From positions 29,916 through 93,915 of the forward strand of contig CAZWAD010000012.1 in assembly GCA_964631835.1 (NCBI GenBank): a DNA stretch of 64,000 bases, in the 5' to 3' direction. A program made the translations under genes and the position numbers. This document shows, in pieces, positions 46,483 through 56,005 of the stretch. This DNA is from an uncultured Chitinophaga sp. Its GTDB lineage: Bacteria > Bacteroidota > Bacteroidia > Chitinophagales > LD1. Position 1 is the stretch's first letter, and the number at the start of each line of letters is the position of its first letter. A model generated the notes under the pieces. It had not been told where the DNA came from, did no database searches, and saw nothing but the letters and a program-made list of their open reading frames with translations.

Positions 46483-46622
46483 ATAGGAAACGGTTGAGTT
46501 TGTGCTAATATATCAAATTCACTTTTGAAGAGTCTGCAGTCAATTCCAAACAACAGCTATGTTTGGATAACCCGCTATACCGTAAAATAAGTTAAGCAGT
46601 TTCTGCACTGTTCTTATCATTA

Positions 46623-46630
46623 TATCTTTG
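46623..46630 (+). promoter_or_regulatory. Bacteroidota -7 box (TATCTTTG)
   Basis: Exact TAnnTTTG match immediately upstream of ATG 46639, implying a very short leader. Confidence 0.35.
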
Positions 46631-46638
46631 CTACAGAA

Positions 46639-48228
46639 ATGAATAAAAATCTGGTTAACATCATTATCGTAGCCATAACGGTTGCTCTTTTAGGGCTTAC
46701 CTTGTTCCAGTTGCAATGGATTGATATTAGCTATAACGTAAAAGAAGAAAAATTTGATCAGGGTGTTTACCTAGCTCTCAGCAATGTCGCCCACTCCATT
46801 GAGCGCAGTGAAGCTGTGAATTATTTTGAAGTATCGGGTTTGAATGATTTTGGCAGAAACATAAAAACCATGTATGATACTGTGCAAACCATAAAGACTT
46901 ACACCCCCCAATTCAGCTTGGTTGATTCCGTTGGCCAACACGCAATGAAGTTTGGTTTCAGCGATACATCCTCCGGGTTTGTTTCCCGATTTATGGGAAG
47001 CATAACTTACCTGAAACAGCGTGCAGCAAAACTGCACGAACATACAAAAGACAAGGACGTAATGACTAGTGAAGAGGACCGTGAGCGCCATATCATTGAA
47101 ATGCAGTTTGGCAAATACAACCGCTTGTTTCAGGATCTTGCTATGCAGTTTATGCTTGATGATAAGTGTTTACAAGAGCGCATTACAAAAGAGCAGGTTA
47201 GTGTCATGCTAGATGAGGAGTTGCATAAGGAGGGGATCAATACGCCATACCAGTTTGCCGTGTTCGATAACTGGGCACCAGGAATGCTCTTTGGCAATAT
47301 GCAAATCACCAAAGAGGAAGCACAGGCAGCGAATTTTTATTCTATTCCTCTTTTCCCGAATGATTTGTATGAAAACTCAGGGATACTGATTGTTACTTTT
47401 CCCGATAAGAAAACTTATATCTTTAAATCGCTATGGTTAATGTTGTCAGCAACCGGTACATTTATCCTGATTATTCTCCTGTCTTTTGGCGGCTCATTTT
47501 ACATTATCTTCAGGCAAAAGAAACTGGATGAATTAAAAACGGATTTCATTAACAACATGACTCACGAGTTTAAAACTCCTGTATCCACCATTTCGTTAGC
47601 TACTCAAATGTTGAAAAATGACAAGGTTATCAGCGACAAGGAAAAAATCCTGAATTATTCAGGGATTATAGAAGAAGAAAACAAGCGCCTGAGCGGGCAT
47701 ATTGAGAACGTGTTACAGGTGGCGCGCTTAGATAAGGGGGAGTTTAAACTAAAGGTTAGTGAAGTGAACATTAATACCCTTCTTGATGATATTGCTGACT
47801 CGTTAGAACTACGCGTTCACAATGAAAATGGTGAGCTAATCCGCAAACTTATGGCAGAGAACCCCGTGGTTATAGGCGATATATTCCATCTTACCAACAC
47901 GCTCTATAATGTTTTCGACAATGCTATTAAGTATAAAAAAGACGACCACTTGAAAATTATAGTCACTACAAAGAATGTTCCGAGAGGGGTTGTGATTTTG
48001 ATAGAAGATGAAGGTATAGGAATTTCAAAAGAGAACCAGAAGAAGATATTCGAAAAATTTTACCGGGTCCCCACAGGTAATATTCATAATGTTAAGGGTT
48101 TCGGACTAGGACTTAGTTATGTAAAAATTATTCTCACTATGCATAACGGCTCAATTACCGTTGACAGCGAGCCGGGCAAAGGCTCCCGATTTGAAATTTT
48201 TATTCCGCACAGCCCTGTTAATAAATGA
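46639..48228 (+). CDS. sensor histidine kinase
   Basis: N-terminal TM plus a second TM. H-box 'FINNMTHEFKTPV'. N-box 'NAIKY'. G-boxes 'EDEGIGI' and 'GFGLGLSYV'. Confidence 0.9.
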   Translation: MNKNLVNIIIVAITVALLGLTLFQLQWIDISYNVKEEKFDQGVYLALSNVAHSIERSEAVNYFEVSGLNDFGRNIKTMYDTVQTIKTYTPQFSLVDSVGQHAMKFGFSDTSSGFVSRFMGSITYLKQRAAKLHEHTKDKDVMTSEEDRERHIIEMQFGKYNRLFQDLAMQFMLDDKCLQERITKEQVSVMLDEELHKEGINTPYQFAVFDNWAPGMLFGNMQITKEEAQAANFYSIPLFPNDLYENSGILIVTFPDKKTYIFKSLWLMLSATGTFILIILLSFGGSFYIIFRQKKLDELKTDFINNMTHEFKTPVSTISLATQMLKNDKVISDKEKILNYSGIIEEENKRLSGHIENVLQVARLDKGEFKLKVSEVNINTLLDDIADSLELRVHNENGELIRKLMAENPVVIGDIFHLTNTLYNVFDNAIKYKKDDHLKIIVTTKNVPRGVVILIEDEGIGISKENQKKIFEKFYRVPTGNIHNVKGFGLGLSYVKIILTMHNGSITVDSEPGKGSRFEIFIPHSPVNK

Positions 48229-48288
48229 CAACGGAACTGGAATTGTTAAAAAAGAGGCATTAACTTTGTATTGTTAAAGGCAAAAATT

Positions 48289-48984
48289 ATGATGGGCAAA
48301 AAGAAAATACTGGTGGTTGAAGATGATACCAACCTCGGAAACCTGCTTCGCGATTCTCTCGAAATTAAGAATTACGAAGTCGTTTTAAAGCGAAATGGAG
48401 AAGAAGGTTTTAATGAATTTAAGGCAAATAAGTACGACATGGTTCTGCTGGATGTGATGATGCCAAAAAAGGATGGCTTCACTCTCGGTAAAGAAATTCG
48501 AAGAATGAATTCGGGCATGCCTATTATTTTCCTTACTGCCAAAAACCTGAAGGAAGATACTATTGAAGGACTTAAGCTTGGGGCTGACGATTATATGACT
48601 AAACCCTTCAGTATGGAGGAACTTACTCTGCGTATGGAAAATATTTTCAAGCGCGTACCCAAGCCGGAGGCAAGTAGTCAGAATATTTTTCGTATTGGCA
48701 ATTTTGAGTTTGACAATACTCTTAGGACTCTCAAAATAGGGAAGAAAGAGCTGAAACTTACTACTAAAGAGTCAGAACTTTTAAAAATGCTTGCCCTTTA
48801 TATTGACAGAATCCTTGAGCGTGAGGTGGCTTTAAATTCTGTTTGGGGAACCGATTCGTATTTTGCAGGCAGAAGTATGGATGTTTACATCGCTAAACTC
48901 CGTAAATACTTGAAGGACGACCCTAATGTTGAAATTCAGAACATTCATGGTACTGGCTTTAAGCTTATAGTAATAAAAAGGTAG
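48289..48984 (+). CDS. OmpR-family response regulator
   Basis: Receiver domain 'KILVVEDD...LLDVMMPKKDGF...LTAK' and a winged-helix C-terminus 'LTTKESELLKMLA...YIAKLRKYL...IQNIHGTGFKL'. Confidence 0.9.
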   Translation: MMGKKKILVVEDDTNLGNLLRDSLEIKNYEVVLKRNGEEGFNEFKANKYDMVLLDVMMPKKDGFTLGKEIRRMNSGMPIIFLTAKNLKEDTIEGLKLGADDYMTKPFSMEELTLRMENIFKRVPKPEASSQNIFRIGNFEFDNTLRTLKIGKKELKLTTKESELLKMLALYIDRILEREVALNSVWGTDSYFAGRSMDVYIAKLRKYLKDDPNVEIQNIHGTGFKLIVIKR

Positions 48985-48988
48985 GAGT

Positions 48989-51190
48989 TTAATTAAATTC
49001 TTTTCCTTCAGCCGCCATCTTTTCAAGTAAGCCTGGCACTTCAAACCGCTTTCCGTATTTCGATTGCAGTTCTTTTACTCGCACAACAAATTTCTTTACT
49101 CCGTAATCATTAATAAACTGAAGAGTTCCGCCTTTAAATGGAGCAAAACCCCAGCCGAAAATTGAGCCTATATTTGCATCGGGAACGTTGCGCAAACACC
49201 CCTCTTCATAGCAACGAACGGTTTCAATACACTGAATAAACATCATCCGGTCTTTCATTTCATGAAACAATGCGTCATTATTTATAACTGTGGTCGTTTC
49301 TGTAATCGGTAATTGAGTACTACTGCTCCCTCCGGCCGCAGCGGTTGCAGTTTTTCTTTTTCCGAAAGTTTCTCTTAATCCTTCCCACAAAAATTTCTTT
49401 TCGTCTTTGGGGTATTCGTAAAAGCCCGCACCTTTTGCTTTTCCTTCTCTGCCTAACGAAAGCATTTTCTCCATCACCTCATAAGCAGGGTGCTGAGGAA
49501 CCTCTTTCCCTTCAGCCTGTAAATCAGCAATGGTCTGTTTACGGATATGTGCCATAAGCGAAAGCGAAACTTCATCAGTAACAGCTAAAGGGCCTACCGG
49601 CATGCCGGATTGAATTCCCGCGCTTTCGATAGACCTGGCGTCTATGCCCTCAAGCAACATTGCAATTCCTTCGGTAACATAGGTAGAAAAAACGCGGGAA
49701 GTATAGAATCCCCGGGAGTCATTTACTACAATTGGAGTTTTCTTAATAGACTTTACAAAGTCGAATGAGCGGGCAAGAGTTTCATCGCTGGTTTCTTTAC
49801 CCACAATAATTTCAACCAATGGCATTTTATCGGCAGGTGAAAAGAAGTGGAGTCCGATAAAGTTTTCGGGGCGCGATGATGCTTTTGCCAGACCGGTTAT
49901 CGGAAGTGTAGAGGTATTTGACGCAAAAACCCCGGCAGGATTCATTTGTGTTTCGGCTTCTTGTGTAACTTTTGCTTTCAATTCACGGTTTTCGAAAACA
50001 GCCTCTATTATCAAATCGCAGTCTTTCAAATCTGCTGCACTTGAAGTTGCTTTAATGCGATTCAACACTTCAGCAGCTTTTTCTTTTGTCATTTTTCCTT
50101 TGCTTACGCGTTTCTTCAATAAATTCTCAGAGTATGATTTTCCTTTACCAGCAGATTCATCGCTCACATCTTTCAGTACAGTTTCGATTCCGCTGATAGC
50201 ACAACAATAAGCAATAGCGCTTCCCATCATACCGGCACCAAGCACACCCACTTTTTTGAAATCTCCCTTTACAGAAGTCTTAGGACGAGAGTTTCCCGCA
50301 TTAATGGCGTTGAGCTGCGTCCAGAAAACCTTAATCATATTCTTAGCTACTTTACCCGTTGCTAATTGTGCAAAATATCTTGACTCAATACGGCATGCAG
50401 TTTCAAAATCCACCATAGCGCCTTCAACAGCAGTGCTTATAATGGCGAGAGGGGCAGGATAATTGTTGTGAGTCTTTTTCGCAAGCATTGCGGGTGCAAC
50501 TGGTATCACTTTAGCTACATTTGGGTTAAGCGGAGTTCCTCCAGGCATTTTGTAGTCCGGTTTATCCCACAAAGCGGTTGCCGTTGGGTTTGACAGAATC
50601 CATGTCTTAGCTTTTGTAAGTAACTCTTCTTTATCTTTTGCCAGTTCGTGAACCAGCCCATCATTTAATGCTTCTTTAGGGGAAACTTTTTTCCCCTCAG
50701 TGAGGTACTGCAAGGCTGGTTGAAGGCCAAGCAGGCGAACCATTCTTGTAACACCACCTGCGCCTGGCAGCAATCCCAAAGTAACCTCCGGTAGGCCGAT
50801 TTGAATTTTAGAGTTGTCAATCACAATTCTGCGGTGGCAAGCCAAAGGCATTTCGAAACCTGCACCGAGAGCTGTTCCGTTGATAGCCGCCACAACCGGT
50901 TTGCCTTGCGTTTCGAGATAACGCAAACCAGCCTTGAAATTTTGAGCTCGGTCGAAAAAATGTTTGGCATCGGTTTCTACAAACATTTCATCAATATCTG
51001 CTCCGGCAAAGAAAGTTTCTTTGGCTGATGTGATGATGATTCCATTAATAGAATCTTTTTCCTGTTGCAATCTCGCAATGGTATTTTTAAATGCCTCGCC
51101 AAATTTTAGGTTGACAACATTTGCCGATTTGTCTGGATTGTCAAGTGTTAAGGTTACAATACCCTTCTCGTCTTTGCTATAATTTATCAT
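48989..51190 (-). CDS. bifunctional enoyl-CoA hydratase / 3-hydroxyacyl-CoA dehydrogenase (FadB/FadJ-like)
   Basis: N-terminal crotonase 'FFAGADI...AAINGTALGAGFEM'. Central 'VGVLGAGMMGSAIA' Rossmann fold. 733 aa. Confidence 0.9.
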   Translation of the reverse strand: MINYSKDEKGIVTLTLDNPDKSANVVNLKFGEAFKNTIARLQQEKDSINGIIITSAKETFFAGADIDEMFVETDAKHFFDRAQNFKAGLRYLETQGKPVVAAINGTALGAGFEMPLACHRRIVIDNSKIQIGLPEVTLGLLPGAGGVTRMVRLLGLQPALQYLTEGKKVSPKEALNDGLVHELAKDKEELLTKAKTWILSNPTATALWDKPDYKMPGGTPLNPNVAKVIPVAPAMLAKKTHNNYPAPLAIISTAVEGAMVDFETACRIESRYFAQLATGKVAKNMIKVFWTQLNAINAGNSRPKTSVKGDFKKVGVLGAGMMGSAIAYCCAISGIETVLKDVSDESAGKGKSYSENLLKKRVSKGKMTKEKAAEVLNRIKATSSAADLKDCDLIIEAVFENRELKAKVTQEAETQMNPAGVFASNTSTLPITGLAKASSRPENFIGLHFFSPADKMPLVEIIVGKETSDETLARSFDFVKSIKKTPIVVNDSRGFYTSRVFSTYVTEGIAMLLEGIDARSIESAGIQSGMPVGPLAVTDEVSLSLMAHIRKQTIADLQAEGKEVPQHPAYEVMEKMLSLGREGKAKGAGFYEYPKDEKKFLWEGLRETFGKRKTATAAAGGSSSTQLPITETTTVINNDALFHEMKDRMMFIQCIETVRCYEEGCLRNVPDANIGSIFGWGFAPFKGGTLQFINDYGVKKFVVRVKELQSKYGKRFEVPGLLEKMAAEGKEFN

Positions 51191-51201
51191 GACGATAATT
51201 T

Positions 51202-52410
51202 TTAAGTTCTTTCAATAATAGTTGCTACTCCCATTCCACCTCCTACACATAATGTAACTAACCCGGTTCCTTTGCCCGTTCTTTCCAATTCATCAAGTAC
51301 AGTTCCCAGAAGCATTGACCCGGTAGCTCCCAGCGGGTGACCCATGGCAATAGCCCCTCCATTTACGTTTAAAAGAGAATCATCAATATCCATTTCACGC
51401 TGAAACTTCAACACTGCCGAAGCAAACGCCTCGTTCATTTCCCAGATGTCAATGTCTTTTTTGTCCATGTGTGCTACTTTCAGTGCTTTCTTTGCTGAAA
51501 ATGCAGGACCGGTAAGCATAATTGTTGGGTCCGATGAAGTAACTGCCGCGGCTACTATTCTGGCACGTGGTTTCAATCCAAGTTTTTCTCCTGTTTCTTT
51601 GTTGCCGATAAGTGTAAGTGCTGCGCCATCCACAATGCCCGATGAATTTCCGGGAGTATGGACGTGGTTGATTTTTTCAACGGATGTATATTTTAACATG
51701 GCAACGGAATCGAAGCCAAACTCACCGGGCATGGCAAAACTCGGCTCCAGTTTCTTCATGGCTTCCATGGAAGCATCATCACGGATAGTTTCATCATTAT
51801 CCAGAACAAGGATGTCATTTTGGTCGGTAACTGATATCAGAGATTTTTTGAAATAACCGTTTTTTCGTGCGAACGAAGCTTTGCGATGTGAGCTAAGCGC
51901 ATAGTTGTCTACTGTTTCCCTTGTAAACCCTTCAATAGTTGCGATTAAATCAGCAGATATACCTTGAGGAATAAATCCAAGTTTTGAATTTACTTGAGGG
52001 TCAAGATACCATGCCCCGCCATCGCTGCCCATAGGATTGCGGCTCATGCTTTCAATTCCACCAGCAACAACTAAATTTTCCCAACCGCTACGGACTTTCA
52101 TGGCAGCAAGATTGATTGATTCTAAACCCGAAGAGCAGAAACGATTGATTTGCACACCAGGAACTTTTTCGCTCCAGCCTGCCATAGCTTGTCCGAATTT
52201 TGCAATGTCACCGCCCTGTTCCCCAATAGGGGTTACGCATCCAAGCACAACATCGTCAACCTGCTCTGTATCGAACAACCCGTTGCGCTTATGTATCGCA
52301 CGAAAAAGTTGAGTGAGCAGGTCAATCGGTTTTACCTCGTAAAGCGAACCTGATTTTTTACCGCGCCCACGCGGGGTGCGAACCGAGTCGTAGATGTATG
52401 CTTCTTTCAT
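51202..52410 (-). CDS. acetyl-CoA C-acyltransferase (thiolase)
   Basis: ATG 52410 gives 'MKEAYIYDSVRTPRGRGK'. Active-site 'NRFCSSGLE', 'NEAFA' and the C-terminal 'GHPLGATG...LCVGGGMG'. Confidence 0.9.
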   Translation of the reverse strand: MKEAYIYDSVRTPRGRGKKSGSLYEVKPIDLLTQLFRAIHKRNGLFDTEQVDDVVLGCVTPIGEQGGDIAKFGQAMAGWSEKVPGVQINRFCSSGLESINLAAMKVRSGWENLVVAGGIESMSRNPMGSDGGAWYLDPQVNSKLGFIPQGISADLIATIEGFTRETVDNYALSSHRKASFARKNGYFKKSLISVTDQNDILVLDNDETIRDDASMEAMKKLEPSFAMPGEFGFDSVAMLKYTSVEKINHVHTPGNSSGIVDGAALTLIGNKETGEKLGLKPRARIVAAAVTSSDPTIMLTGPAFSAKKALKVAHMDKKDIDIWEMNEAFASAVLKFQREMDIDDSLLNVNGGAIAMGHPLGATGSMLLGTVLDELERTGKGTGLVTLCVGGGMGVATIIERT

Positions 52411-52465
52411 ATTGTGTGATTTGAGGAGGGCAAACATAAGCCGTAACACGGGAATTTCAACACCT

Positions 52466-52499
52466 GTAAATAAAAAGGTCCGCGCAGACAACGCGGACC
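52466..52499 (-). terminator. rho-independent terminator after the DjlA-like gene
   Basis: Perfect 8-bp stem GGTCCGCG / CGCGGACC with loop CAGACAA. On the minus strand it is followed by TTTTTATTT. Confidence 0.75.
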
Positions 52500-52696
52500 C
52501 CTGACACACTAACTAAAGGGCCTTTTGGATAGACCCCGGAGAGAAGTTTATATTTTCTTTCAATCTAACAATTATTATTATAATGCTAAAAATACAATTT
52601 TAAAATAACTAAAAGAACCATTAGTTTTTCTTTTATAATTTTTAAGAAAAATACCCGGAAATTTTTGTAATGAAGAAGCCTCTTGAATTCTTGTTG

Positions 52697-53413
52697 TCAA
52701 CCGGCAAGTTCTTTTTTGATTCTTTCGTAAGCGTCTTTTATCTGCTGAAACTTAACGCTCAATTTTTTTCTGTCGCTTTCTGAAAGATGCCCGTTTTTAT
52801 CTGGGTGGTATTTGAGAACAAGCTTACGGTAAGTATTCCTGATTTCAGTGAGTGTGGCGTCTTTTCGTACTCCGAGGATTTCATACCCTGAAATTACTTG
52901 CTCCCACTGTTCATTTTTTATTTTCCTGAAATCAACATCGTTTACATTCAGGTACCCGGAGATTTTGAAGATGAAATAATTTTCCCGTTCATTCAGTTCT
53001 CCATCGCTTATGGCAAGATCGAAAAGAAAGCGGATTATCTGAATGCGGGTGGAATGCCTGGCATATATCCTCAACTGGTCACAAACAATATTCAGGCTGT
53101 ATTCCTTTTGCAGGCAGTGGTTCAAAACCTGCGCGCGCTTTTCAGATTTACAGGCATCAAAGTGCTCATCAAGAAACTGTCGCACAAACGAAACTTCCAG
53201 TAGTTGTATTTTGCCGTCAATTTTTATGAGATGAGTTGCAAGAACAATCAGATTGGTTTCAAATTCCGAAATTCCGGATAGGAGATTTTCGGCTTCTTTC
53301 TTACTGTTGTTTCCGTACATGCTTCCTGCCACAAAACCCAGCAAGCCCCCCAAGGGGTTTCCGGTTACCGCCCATCCCAATCCTGCACCAAGCCACTTTT
53401 CGTATTTAGCCAT
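52697..53413 (-). CDS. DjlA-like co-chaperone (TerB-like domain + C-terminal J domain)
   Basis: J domain 'YEILGVRKDATLTEIRNTYRKLVLKYHPDKN'. Gly-rich membrane-proximal N-terminus. ATG 53413 is preferred over 53452 because it avoids overlap with the lgt stop at 53421. Confidence 0.8.
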   Translation of the reverse strand: MAKYEKWLGAGLGWAVTGNPLGGLLGFVAGSMYGNNSKKEAENLLSGISEFETNLIVLATHLIKIDGKIQLLEVSFVRQFLDEHFDACKSEKRAQVLNHCLQKEYSLNIVCDQLRIYARHSTRIQIIRFLFDLAISDGELNERENYFIFKISGYLNVNDVDFRKIKNEQWEQVISGYEILGVRKDATLTEIRNTYRKLVLKYHPDKNGHLSESDRKKLSVKFQQIKDAYERIKKELAG

Positions 53414-53420
53414 TTGCCAT

Positions 53421-54230
53421 TTACTTGTACCGCAGTTTTCCTTTCCATACAAAATAACTAAGAATTATTCCCGCAACGATAAACGGCAGGTTGAGCATTT
53501 GTGTCTTGCTGAGAGTGTTGAAGAATATACTCCCTTCCGGTTCTTTGAAAAATTCAAGAATCAGGCGCACGGCAAACACTACTGTTAGAAAAACCGACAG
53601 GTAAATGCCTGGCTTTGATTCTTTTACCCGGTTGAAAATAAAAATCATGAATGACTGGAGTAACAGATACGCCAAGCTTTCATACAAAACCACAGGATGA
53701 CGCGGCAAGGTATCAGTGATTTCGTTGGAATTTAAAAAAATAAATGCCCAGGGAACGTCAGCAGGCTTTCCAACTATTTCAGAATTCATCAGGTTACCCA
53801 ATCGAATCAGAGAAGCGAGTGTGAGCGAAAAAATAACTCCGTGGTCAATAACCCAGAAAAAACTGAAGTCCTTATTACGCAGACAAAAAAGATACATGCC
53901 TAGAAAAGCCCCTGCCACACCGCCATGACTGGCGAGTCCGCCTTTCCAAACAGCGAGTATGTCTTCAGGATGCGCAACAAAATAATCGAGTTGATAAAAC
54001 AGGATATGCGCTAGCCGAGCACCGATAACCCCACAAACAAACACATACTGAATACCAATAGTCAGTTTTTCTTCGTTGCGATTCAGTTTCTGGAATACAT
54101 ATCTTCCGATAAAGAAAACCGAAAGCAACGCCAACCCCCAGCACACCCCGTACCATTTAATAGAAAAAGTGCCAACTGTTATAAAATCAGGATTCGGGTT
54201 CCATGGAATGTAAAGAAACGTTTGAAACAT
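53421..54230 (-). CDS. lgt: prolipoprotein diacylglyceryl transferase
   Basis: Aligns by eye with E. coli Lgt: 'IKWYGVCWGL', 'GARLAHILFY', 'VWKGGLASHGGVAG', 'RLGNLMNSEIVG', 'PRHPVVLYESL', 'LEFFKEP'. Confidence 0.9.
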   Translation of the reverse strand: MFQTFLYIPWNPNPDFITVGTFSIKWYGVCWGLALLSVFFIGRYVFQKLNRNEEKLTIGIQYVFVCGVIGARLAHILFYQLDYFVAHPEDILAVWKGGLASHGGVAGAFLGMYLFCLRNKDFSFFWVIDHGVIFSLTLASLIRLGNLMNSEIVGKPADVPWAFIFLNSNEITDTLPRHPVVLYESLAYLLLQSFMIFIFNRVKESKPGIYLSVFLTVVFAVRLILEFFKEPEGSIFFNTLSKTQMLNLPFIVAGIILSYFVWKGKLRYK

Positions 54231-54426
54231 AAAGGCAAATATGGTTTGTAAAAGTGAAAAAGTTGAATGTCAATTAATGCCATTCATTGTTAGCTGTAAA
54301 ACAGCAGGAGTTAGAAGAGGTAGGCAGAGGGTAGCGAATAAACAGGTTGTTGACTATTTGTTTTTCTTCAGGCTGGGCTTTTAGTTACCATTGAAAGGTT
54401 TTTTACCTACCCAACAAAGTGTGTCC

Positions 54427-54462
54427 GTGCGTGGCCGGTTCCCTGCCACGCACTATTTTTTT
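54427..54462 (+). terminator. orphan rho-independent terminator in a gene-free gap
   Basis: Perfect 9-bp stem GTGCGTGGC / GCCACGCAC, 9-nt loop, followed by TATTTTTTT. No annotated + strand gene lies upstream. Confidence 0.6.
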
Positions 54463-55096
54463 GCAAAACTTGCTTTGTATGAATTGATGCTCACCGTGTC
54501 GTTCCTATGTACTGTCATAAAAAAGTCTCCAACTTGAGTTTATTTGGTTGATTTTGTTAATAGATTAAGGTTTCAATATATAAGAAGTGAAGTAGTGCCG
54601 ATTTGTTAACACTTTCCCTTGACAGTGTATCTTGTTAATAGCTGCACCTTGAGCCAGCATGCTTAATCTTTCAATGATTCGCCCCAGCATTGTAATGATA
54701 GATGCTGTAGTTGCAACGTTTGCACCGATAAATACAATTATACTTTGTGTTATTACAATGTTCGCCCGTACAGTCGCAAGTTCAGATGGTAAAGCGGTTT
54801 TCGGGTAGTGTTTCTGTTCAACCTGCTATAGTGCATTTCAGGAGCCTGCCGAAGCCTCTTTACTCATTACACTCTTCAGCAAAAACTCATGGCGACATTT
54901 CCTTAAACCAGTAAGTAGGCTAATATTCCAGGCACCAAAACCGAAGCAGTTTCTATACTTATCCGTTAAAACAATGCTTTTAATATTTTGTTGAAAACAA
55001 AAAGCTAGTAACGATAAAAAATCATTACGTATTAATTCAGTGCGAACTATAACCAAAAACTGAAAAACCTGAATGTTCGGGATCTTTACCTTTTAG

Positions 55097-55984
55097 TTAT
55101 CTATTTATCAGGAACTTGCTGGACACCGTATTTCTGGTGAGGTTGTTCTTTAGCATGTACGAGTACAGTCCCTCGGGCAAAGATTTTATATCAATAGTTA
55201 CGGGGCTCTCTTTTAGGATTTTTTCTACAACCAGCTTACCCTCTAGATCGAAAACAGAAAAGATGAATTCAGCTGAGTTACTCAGTTCAACAGTAATCAC
55301 ATCAATTGCCGGATTTGGATAAATGTGAATTGATTCACCTGCAACCTCATCAACCGAAGATGAGAAATCGAAAGCGAGGTCGTCAACAAACATTTGAGTT
55401 CCATTGGGTGAATTATTTGCTCCTGAACTGGTAAGAATGGTGATAACCAATGAATCGGGCGCTGCAGGAGAAGAATAATTAAAGTTTGCTGTAAGCTGAG
55501 AATAAGCATTTACTGTATTGCTTACGGTAAATTCAGCAATTCCTACTTCCTCTCTAGTACCTGCGTTCCATCTCCAGAGGATTGCTTCCACCGAACCGGT
55601 ATCCACCCCGCTTGGGATATACTTATACCAACCAGTTATTGCTGAAGGACGCTGTGTAAATACCACACCGCCATCAACTGCCTGGGTACTCGGATTGATA
55701 GTTCCAGTGGCGGCAATACCCGGAGCCACGCCCTGCAGGGGAACTGTTTTCGATTCGAGTTTAATGGCAAAACTGCCACTGTGCTTGTCGGTGGTTTTGG
55801 TAACTGTTTTTACGCCCAAAAAATAAGTAAGTCCGTTTATGGTGCCCCATCCTGCAGGGTCATCGTAATTGGGGTTGTTATTCCAATTCTCAAAACCGGC
55901 ATTCGGAATTGCATTCTGCGAATGTGAAAGTAAGAATGCAAAACATGCTGAAATAAGCAACAATTTTCTTTTCATAAAGTTCAA
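55097..55984 (-). CDS. PCMD-like domain protein with T9SS C-terminal sorting domain
   Basis: Signal peptide. 'IPNAGFENW...ITGWYKYIPSGVDTGSVEA...MFVDDLAF' is paralogous to the N-terminus of 18509-20494. C-terminal 'IHIYPNPAIDVITVEL...GLYSYMLKNN'. Confidence 0.75.
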   Translation of the reverse strand: MNFMKRKLLLISACFAFLLSHSQNAIPNAGFENWNNNPNYDDPAGWGTINGLTYFLGVKTVTKTTDKHSGSFAIKLESKTVPLQGVAPGIAATGTINPSTQAVDGGVVFTQRPSAITGWYKYIPSGVDTGSVEAILWRWNAGTREEVGIAEFTVSNTVNAYSQLTANFNYSSPAAPDSLVITILTSSGANNSPNGTQMFVDDLAFDFSSSVDEVAGESIHIYPNPAIDVITVELSNSAEFIFSVFDLEGKLVVEKILKESPVTIDIKSLPEGLYSYMLKNNLTRNTVSSKFLINR

Positions 55985-56005
55985 ATTAAAGTAGAAGAAA
56001 ATAAA

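Noticed and set aside
54838-55056. 72-aa minus-strand ORF in the gene-free gap
   Set aside because: It has no start context, no motif, an odd composition, and sits immediately downstream of another minus-strand gene's stop. Treated as non-coding.
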